DNA of 64,000 nucleotides from Escherichia coli (GTDB lineage Bacteria; Pseudomonadota; Gammaproteobacteria; Enterobacterales; Enterobacteriaceae): NCBI RefSeq assembly GCF_013315695.1, contig NZ_CP054353.1; one strand, 5' to 3'. Shown piece by piece: positions 57,543 to 64,000 of this stretch (position 1 is its first letter; each line of letters starts with the position of its first letter). The notes under the pieces were generated by a model. It saw only the letters and a program-made list of their open reading frames with translations, ran no database searches and was not told where the DNA came from. The position numbers and the translations under genes were made by a program.

Positions 57543-58868
57543 TTATTTGACTAATGAAAATAGATCATTGAGTGATTCGCTCATCGACGGATGAGTAAAT
57601 ATCTGATCGCGTAATATGCTATAAGGCAGCCCGGCATCCATCACCATTTTCACTATATTGATCATCTCGTGGGAGTCAACACACAGCAGTGATGCCCCTA
57701 ATATACGTTGGGTTTTATTATCAACAATCGCTTTTAATACCCCACGGGTATCGTTCATCACTCTGGCGCGCGGAATTGCAGCTACAGGCAATGTCACCAC
57801 CTGAATATCAGCACCACTCTCTCTGGCTTGTTCTTCTGTCATACCAACCCTGGACAGTGGCGGTGTCATAAATACGGAATAAGGCACATTTTTCCGATCA
57901 TCAGTACTACGTTTGCCTTCACCCAGTAACTCATCACGTACAATGCGGTAATCATCTAGTGATATGTAAGTAAATTGCAGCCCGCCGGTAACATCTCCCA
58001 TCGCCCAAATATTGTCTGCGGTGGTATGTAATCGCTTGTCAACGACAATTGCCCCGCGCTCGTTTACTGCGATACCGGCATTTTCTGGATGTAAAGAAGC
58101 GGTAGCCGGTTGACGACCGGAAGCTATTAACAGTGCATCCACCGCCAGTTGGGCGTGCTCGCTATGCACTTGCACTTGATTTTCATGGTGACTGATTCGC
58201 TCCACATGGGCATTGAGGATAATATCGACGCCCTGATCGCGTAAAATCGTCGCGATGTTATCAGCAATATCCCGATCTTCCCGAGGCAAAAACAGCGAAG
58301 CTGCTTCTAAAATGGTTACCTTGCTGCCAAAATTAGCGAACATAGAGGCGAACTCAACGCCAATATATCCGCCGCCCAAAATACCTAAATGCCCAGGCAA
58401 TTCTTTTAGATGAAGTAATCCGGTGCTGTCATATACACCAGGCGTGGTGGTAATTCCAGGAATTGGCGGAACCACGGTTTGTGCACCGGTATTAATAAAA
58501 ATTTTCTCGCCATGAATTTCCAGATTTCCCTCAGGCCGATGAACACGCAGGCTATGATTATTGATAAACTCCGCCTGGCCGTCGATCACGTCGATATTGG
58601 GCATATCCGCAAGATTATGAAAATTCTTATTACGTAAAAAATTAACCACTTCATTTTTACGCTGTATGGCACGGACAAAATCTGTGTGCTGCTGTGCGTC
58701 ATGAACCAATGTTTTGGTTGGGATACAGCCGATATTAATACAGGTCCCGCCATACATTGCATTTGATTGTTCGATGAGAGCCACACGCCAACCTGCTTTT
58801 GCCAGCGTGACGGCTAATGTTTTTCCAGCCTTGCCAAAACCAATAATAACTGCCTGATATTTATTCAT
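57543..58868 (-). CDS. rclA: pyridine nucleotide-disulfide oxidoreductase RclA
   Basis: MNKYQAVIIGFGKAGKTLAV..., FAD-binding motif and redox-active GGTCINIGCIPTK. Confidence 0.85.
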   Translation of the reverse strand: MNKYQAVIIGFGKAGKTLAVTLAKAGWRVALIEQSNAMYGGTCINIGCIPTKTLVHDAQQHTDFVRAIQRKNEVVNFLRNKNFHNLADMPNIDVIDGQAEFINNHSLRVHRPEGNLEIHGEKIFINTGAQTVVPPIPGITTTPGVYDSTGLLHLKELPGHLGILGGGYIGVEFASMFANFGSKVTILEAASLFLPREDRDIADNIATILRDQGVDIILNAHVERISHHENQVQVHSEHAQLAVDALLIASGRQPATASLHPENAGIAVNERGAIVVDKRLHTTADNIWAMGDVTGGLQFTYISLDDYRIVRDELLGEGKRSTDDRKNVPYSVFMTPPLSRVGMTEEQARESGADIQVVTLPVAAIPRARVMNDTRGVLKAIVDNKTQRILGASLLCVDSHEMINIVKMVMDAGLPYSILRDQIFTHPSMSESLNDLFSLVK

Positions 58869-59094
58869 GATGATTTCCTGTCGAAACGCGTTCATTTGAC
58901 ATCATGACTATAGACGCAAAAGAGCAAATAACATTTCTTCACAACGCTTGATATTTTGTCTTATCGTCTGGTATTTTCTTTTTCTTAATCAGAATCACAA
59001 AACAAAAATCATGATTAACTATTTGATGGTATTAGATTAATTATTGACTAAGATTGTTGGTGTTTGTAATCAAAAAACCACTCAGGAGTCTGAT

Positions 59095-59949
59095 ATGGAT
59101 GCTCTTAGCCGTTTGTTGATGCTTAACGCTCCACAAGGAACGATCGATAAGAATTGCGTGTTAGGAAGTGACTGGCAACTTCCACATGGTGCCGGGGAAT
59201 TGTCGGTTATTCGTTGGCATGCGTTAACGCAAGGAGCGGCGAAGCTGGAAATGCCGACGGGAGAGATTTTTACATTACGCCCGGGAAATGTGGTCCTGCT
59301 ACCACAAAATTCAGCTCATCGCCTGAGTCATGTCGATAATGAATCGACCTGTATTGTCTGTGGCACTCTTCGGCTGCAACATTCGGCGCGTTATTTTTTA
59401 ACGTCTTTGCCGGAAACGCTGTTTGTAGCGCCAGTGAACCATAGCGTGGAATATAACTGGCTGAGGGAGGCGATCCCGTTTTTACAACAGGAATCCAGAT
59501 CGGCAATGCCGGGAGTGGATGCTCTGTGTAGCCAGATCTGCGCTACATTCTTTACCCTCGCGGTGCGTGAGTGGATTGCACAGGTTAATACAGAGAAAAA
59601 CATTCTCAGTTTGCTTCTGCATCCACGTCTTGGTGCGGTAATACAGCAAATGCTGGAAATGCCAGGACACGCCTGGACCGTCGAATCGCTGGCCAGCATC
59701 GCCCACATGTCCCGGGCAAGTTTTGCCCAGCTTTTCCGTGATGTTTCCGGAACCACGCCGCTGGCTGTATTAACAAAGTTGCGTCTACAAATAGCGGCCC
59801 AGATGTTTTCCCGGGAAATGCTCCCTGTTGTGGTGATCGCTGAGTCAGTAGGCTATGCCAGTGAATCATCTTTTCACAAGGCGTTTGTCCGCGAGTTTGG
59901 TTGTACTCCGGGAGAATATCGGGAAAGGGTGAGACAGCTTTCACCCTGA
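59095..59949 (+). CDS. rclR: AraC-family redox-sensing regulator RclR
   Basis: Internal Met MDALSRLLMLNAPQG...; C-terminal AraC HTH; divergent from rclA. Confidence 0.8.
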   Translation: MDALSRLLMLNAPQGTIDKNCVLGSDWQLPHGAGELSVIRWHALTQGAAKLEMPTGEIFTLRPGNVVLLPQNSAHRLSHVDNESTCIVCGTLRLQHSARYFLTSLPETLFVAPVNHSVEYNWLREAIPFLQQESRSAMPGVDALCSQICATFFTLAVREWIAQVNTEKNILSLLLHPRLGAVIQQMLEMPGHAWTVESLASIAHMSRASFAQLFRDVSGTTPLAVLTKLRLQIAAQMFSREMLPVVVIAESVGYASESSFHKAFVREFGCTPGEYRERVRQLSP

Positions 59950-60476
59950 ATAAAACCGCCAGAAATCAGGACAAAGATAATCCGCATTCCGGGAGTTGTG
60001 AGCCTTTCAACTATTTCTATTTCCAACGGTGGTTTTGGGTTTTATATATTTTTTTTGATGGACTCTAGCTCAGTTTTTAAATAAAAATGCAAACTAAATT
60101 TCTTCAATTAAATAAAATCCCGACTATTACTTGATACGTGATTATTGTCGGTGATTTTTTTTGTGCACCATCAGTGTATATCTCAATAACCCCTGAATAA
60201 GTAGCTCTGAATAGGTATAAGGGGTGTAGCCTTTTTAAATGGATTTCTTATGCCAAAAATGATCGTCGATTTCCCTATAAAATGTGAGCGATGCCGAAAG
60301 AAATAAAATTAGTTATTGCATTTGAAGTTTAGATGAAAGATTATCATTTGTCATACAAATGAGGGGTGGTATGTTGCTAGCCAATTAAAAAAGAACGCCA
60401 TATTTATTGATGATTGATCCCCCGGAAGGGGGGAACCATCGGGCATAAATGGGCATGAAGTAATGGAGTATTAGTT

Positions 60477-61196
60477 GTGAATGTCAATTTCTTTGTCACC
60501 TGTATTGGTGACGCCCTGAAATCAAGAATGGCACGAGACTCCGTGCTGCTACTGGAAAAACTCGGCTGTCGCGTAAATTTCCCGGAGAAACAGGGATGCT
60601 GCGGTCAGCCTGCGATCAATAGTGGTTATATCAAAGAAGCGATTCCAGGGATGAAAAATCTGATCGCCGCACTGGAGGATAACGACGATCCCATTATTTC
60701 ACCGGCTGGCTCTTGCACCTATGCCGTAAAAAGTTACCCGACGTATCTGGCGGATGAACCTGAATGGGCATCACGTGCCGAAAAGGTTGCCGCGCGTATG
60801 CAGGATCTCACCTCTTTTATTGTTAATACATTAGGGGTAGTCGATGTAGGTGCCAGTTTGCAAGGGAGAGCGGTGTATCACCCATCTTGTAGCCTGGCCC
60901 GTAAGCTGGGGGTGAAGGACGAACCACTTACGCTGCTGAAAAATGTGCGTGGACTAGAGTTGTTGACCTTTGCTGAACAGGATACCTGCTGCGGATTTGG
61001 CGGCACGTTCTCGGTCAAAATGGCCGAAATATCCGGCGAGATGGTGAAAGAAAAGGTTGCGCACCTGATGGAAGTCCGCCCTGAGTATTTAATAGGTGCT
61101 GACGTGAGTTGCCTGCTGAACATCAGTGGGCGATTACAACGGGAAGGGCAGAAAGTCAAAGTGATGCATATTGCTGAAGTGTTGATGAGCCGCTGA
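60477..61196 (+). CDS. ykgE: Cys-rich Fe-S oxidoreductase YkgE (LutA-like)
   Basis: 239-aa ORF with CCG-type cysteine motifs. Confidence 0.85.
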   Translation: MNVNFFVTCIGDALKSRMARDSVLLLEKLGCRVNFPEKQGCCGQPAINSGYIKEAIPGMKNLIAALEDNDDPIISPAGSCTYAVKSYPTYLADEPEWASRAEKVAARMQDLTSFIVNTLGVVDVGASLQGRAVYHPSCSLARKLGVKDEPLTLLKNVRGLELLTFAEQDTCCGFGGTFSVKMAEISGEMVKEKVAHLMEVRPEYLIGADVSCLLNISGRLQREGQKVKVMHIAEVLMSR

Positions 61197-61206
61197 GGAT
61201 ATAAAG

Positions 61207-62634
61207 ATGTCGATCAAAACCAGTAATACAGATTTTAAGACACGCATCCGTCAGCAAATTGAAGATCCGATCATGCGCAAAGCGGTGGCAAACGCGCAGC
61301 AGCGTATCGGGGCAAATCGGCAAAAAATGGTCGATGAATTGGGGCACTGGGAGGAGTGGCGCGATCGGGCCGCCCAGATACGTGATCATGTTCTGAGTAA
61401 TCTCGACGCTTATCTGTACCAGCTCTCAGAAAAAGTGACGCAAAACGGCGGTCACGTCTATTTTGCAAAAACCAAAGAAGACGCTACCCGCTACATTTTA
61501 CAGGTTGCCCAACGCAAAAATGCCCGGAAGGTGGTGAAATCTAAATCGATGGTGACCGAAGAGATTGGTGTCAATCATGTGTTGCAGGATGCTGGCATTC
61601 AGGTGATTGAAACCGATCTGGGTGAATACATTCTCCAGCTGGATCAAGATCCGCCCTCTCATGTTGTGGTCCCGGCAATTCATAAAGATCGCCATCAGAT
61701 CCGTCGGGTGCTACACGAACGTCTGGGCTATGGGGGGTCGGAAACGCCTGAAGCAATGACCTTATTCATCCGGCAAAAAATCCGCGAAGATTTCCTCAGT
61801 GCTGAAATAGGTATTACCGGCTGTAATTTCGCGGTGGCAGAGACCGGTTCGGTATGCCTGGTGACCAATGAAGGTAATGCGCGAATGTGTACCACGCTGC
61901 CTAAAACGCATATTGCAGTGATGGGAATGGAGCGTATTGCCCCCACGTTTGCCGAGGTAGATGTATTGATCACCATGCTGGCGCGCAGTGCCGTTGGTGC
62001 ACGTTTGACGGGATACAACACCTGGCTGACAGGACCGCGCGAAGCGGGGCACGTTGATGGTCCTGAAGAGTTTCATCTGGTTATTGTCGATAACGGGCGT
62101 TCTGAGGTGCTGGCCTCTGAATTTCGGGATGTGCTGCGCTGTATTCGCTGCGGGGCTTGTATGAATACTTGTCCGGCATATCGCCATATTGGCGGTCATG
62201 GATATGGCTCTATTTATCCAGGGCCAATTGGTGCGGTGATTTCCCCGTTACTTGGCGGCTATAAAGATTTTAAAGATTTACCCTACGCCTGCTCTTTATG
62301 CACTGCTTGTGACAGCGTGTGTCCGGTGCGTATTCCGCTGTCAAAACTGATTTTGCGTCATCGTCGGGTGATGGCTGAAAAAGGGATCACCGCAAAAGCA
62401 GAGCAACGGGCGATAAAAATGTTTGCTTATGCCAATAGTCATCCAGGATTGTGGAAAGTTGGGATGATGGCCGGCGCTCATGCGGCAAGCTGGTTTATCA
62501 ATGGCGGCAAAACACCACTCAAATTTGGCGCGATTAGCGACTGGATGGAAGCACGCGATCTTCCTGAAGCTGACGGAGAGAGTTTCCGTAGTTGGTTTAA
62601 GAAACATCAGGCGCAGGAGAAAAAGAATGGATAA
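61207..62634 (+). CDS. ykgF: 4Fe-4S ferredoxin-type protein YkgF (LutB-like)
   Basis: 475-aa ORF with CxxCxxC...CP ferredoxin motifs (CIRCGACMNTCP; CSLCTACDSVCP). Confidence 0.85.
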   Translation: MSIKTSNTDFKTRIRQQIEDPIMRKAVANAQQRIGANRQKMVDELGHWEEWRDRAAQIRDHVLSNLDAYLYQLSEKVTQNGGHVYFAKTKEDATRYILQVAQRKNARKVVKSKSMVTEEIGVNHVLQDAGIQVIETDLGEYILQLDQDPPSHVVVPAIHKDRHQIRRVLHERLGYGGSETPEAMTLFIRQKIREDFLSAEIGITGCNFAVAETGSVCLVTNEGNARMCTTLPKTHIAVMGMERIAPTFAEVDVLITMLARSAVGARLTGYNTWLTGPREAGHVDGPEEFHLVIVDNGRSEVLASEFRDVLRCIRCGACMNTCPAYRHIGGHGYGSIYPGPIGAVISPLLGGYKDFKDLPYACSLCTACDSVCPVRIPLSKLILRHRRVMAEKGITAKAEQRAIKMFAYANSHPGLWKVGMMAGAHAASWFINGGKTPLKFGAISDWMEARDLPEADGESFRSWFKKHQAQEKKNG

Positions 62635-63322
62635 TCGGAGCGAATTTTTGAATAACGTTGCTCAGGCACTGGGTCGCCCGTTGCGACTTGAACCGCAAGC
62701 AGAAGATGCGCCGCTTAACAACTATGCTAACGAGCGGCTTACCGCACTTAACCAACAGCAGCGCTGTGACGCGTTTATTCAGTTTGCCAGCGATGTTATG
62801 TTGACGCGCTGTGAACTGACCAGCGAGGCGAAGGCGGCAGAAGCTGCAATACGTCTGTGTAAAGAGCTGGGAGATCAGTCGGTCGTGATTAGTGGTGACA
62901 CGAGGCTGGAGGAATTGGGGATTAGCGAACGTTTGCAGCAGGAATGCAATGCCGTTGTTTGGGAGCCGGCGAAAGGTATTGAGAACATATCACAAGCAGA
63001 GCAGGCTAAAGTGGGCGTCGTATATGCTGAATATGGTTTAACCGAATCGGGAGGCGTGGTTCTTTTTTCCGCCGCCGGGCGCGGGCGTTCATTGAGCCTG
63101 CTCCCGGAATCTTCTCTTTTTATCCTGCGTAAAAGCACAATCCTGCCGCGTGTAGCGCAACTCGCAGAAAAATTGCATCAGAAAGCGCAGGCCGGTGAAC
63201 GAATGCCGTCATGTATTAACATCATCAGTGGTCCCAGTTCAACGGCGGACATTGAGCTTATCAAAGTCGTCGGGGTTCATGGTCCGGTGAAAGCGGTGTA
63301 TCTGATTATTGAGGATTGCTGA
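62627..63322 (+). CDS. ykgG: YkgG (LutC-like)
   Basis: Internal Met MDNRSEFLNNVAQALGR... overlapping the ykgF stop; the track ORF start at 62480 is an extension. Confidence 0.8.
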   Translation: MDNRSEFLNNVAQALGRPLRLEPQAEDAPLNNYANERLTALNQQQRCDAFIQFASDVMLTRCELTSEAKAAEAAIRLCKELGDQSVVISGDTRLEELGISERLQQECNAVVWEPAKGIENISQAEQAKVGVVYAEYGLTESGGVVLFSAAGRGRSLSLLPESSLFILRKSTILPRVAQLAEKLHQKAQAGERMPSCINIISGPSSTADIELIKVVGVHGPVKAVYLIIEDC

Positions 63323-63494
63323 GAGAGATATGAAGTCTGGACATAAACCTGAAGTCGGCATACGAGGTTGTGAATAGCGTTAAGGACAACCTGACTTAAC
63401 CCTGTTCCGTCATGGTTATGCTGCTCTTCTGTAAATATCCTGACATTAATAATGCCAGGATATTTACAGTGAAAAAGACAGGAATCCATTCCTG

Positions 63495-64000
63495 GGTGAT
63501 GCTGCCAACTTACTGATTTAGTGTATGATGGTGTTTTTGAGGTGCTCCAGTGGCTTCTGTTTCTATCAGCTGTCCCTCCTGTTCAGCTACTGACGGGGTG
63601 GTGCGTAACGGCAAAAGCACCGCCGGACATCAGCGCTATCTCTGCTCTCACTGCCGTAAAACATGGCAACTGCAGTTCACTTACACCGCTTCTCAACCCG
63701 GTACGCACCAGAAAATCATTGATATGGCCATGAATGGCGTTGGATGCCGGGCAACAGCCCGCATTATGGGCGTTGGCCTCAACACGATTTTACGTCACTT
63801 AAAAAACTCAGGCCGCAGTCGGTAACCTCGCGCATACAGCCGGGCAGTGACGTCATCGTCTGCGCGGAAATGGACGAACAGTGGGGCTATGTCGGGGCTA
63901 AATCGCGCCAGCGCTGGCTGTTTTACGCGTATGACAGGCTCCGGAAGACGGTTGTTGCGCACGTATTCGGTGAACGCACTATGGCGACGCTGGGGCGTCT
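63495..64000 (+). mobile_element. insAB: IS1 copy 4 (partial, runs off window end)
   Basis: IRL GGTGATGCTGCCAACTTACTGAT at 63495; InsA 63550..63825 and the start of InsB. Confidence 0.95.

Noticed and set aside
59270-59944. Minus-strand ORFs overlapping rclR
   Set aside because: Antisense to a conserved regulator gene; low-complexity translations.

Overview
Escherichia/Shigella-type chromosomal segment. A conserved backbone (rtcB-like 3' end, prfH, pepD, gpt, frsA, crl, phoE, proB, proA, tRNA-Thr thrW) runs to ~8.9 kb. A P4-like/PICI-like integrative element sits at thrW (integrase, AlpA, antirepressor, coupled small ORFs, P4-alpha-type primase, iteron array). It is followed by a translationally coupled operon of 153/225/474/701-residue proteins that is now split in two by an IS1-mediated inversion of ~23.4 kb; both 9-bp target duplications are still readable, so the ancestral order can be reconstructed. 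The inverted block carries ykgM-ykgO, an IS1-truncated ecp fimbrial operon (ecpC'-ecpD-ecpE), ykgJ, yagU, an integrase remnant plus an intact integrase, a two-gene module cut by IS2, a ~2.5 kb AT-rich repeat-dense non-coding region, a PerC-like regulator and a second paralogous iteron array. After the third IS1 the backbone resumes (LysR regulator, aldo-keto reductases, full-length eaeH/fdeC, ykgA, rclCBA-rclR, ykgEFG) and ends in a fourth, partial IS1. Four IS1 copies and one IS2 in 64 kb, none with intact flanking duplications, indicate a heavily IS-remodelled (Shigella-like) genome. The best candidates for something undescribed are the split four-gene operon next to the satellite, the AT-rich repeat region with no long ORFs, and the accessory genes around the second iteron array. 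All homology calls are from reading the translations and recalled family features; no database search was run.
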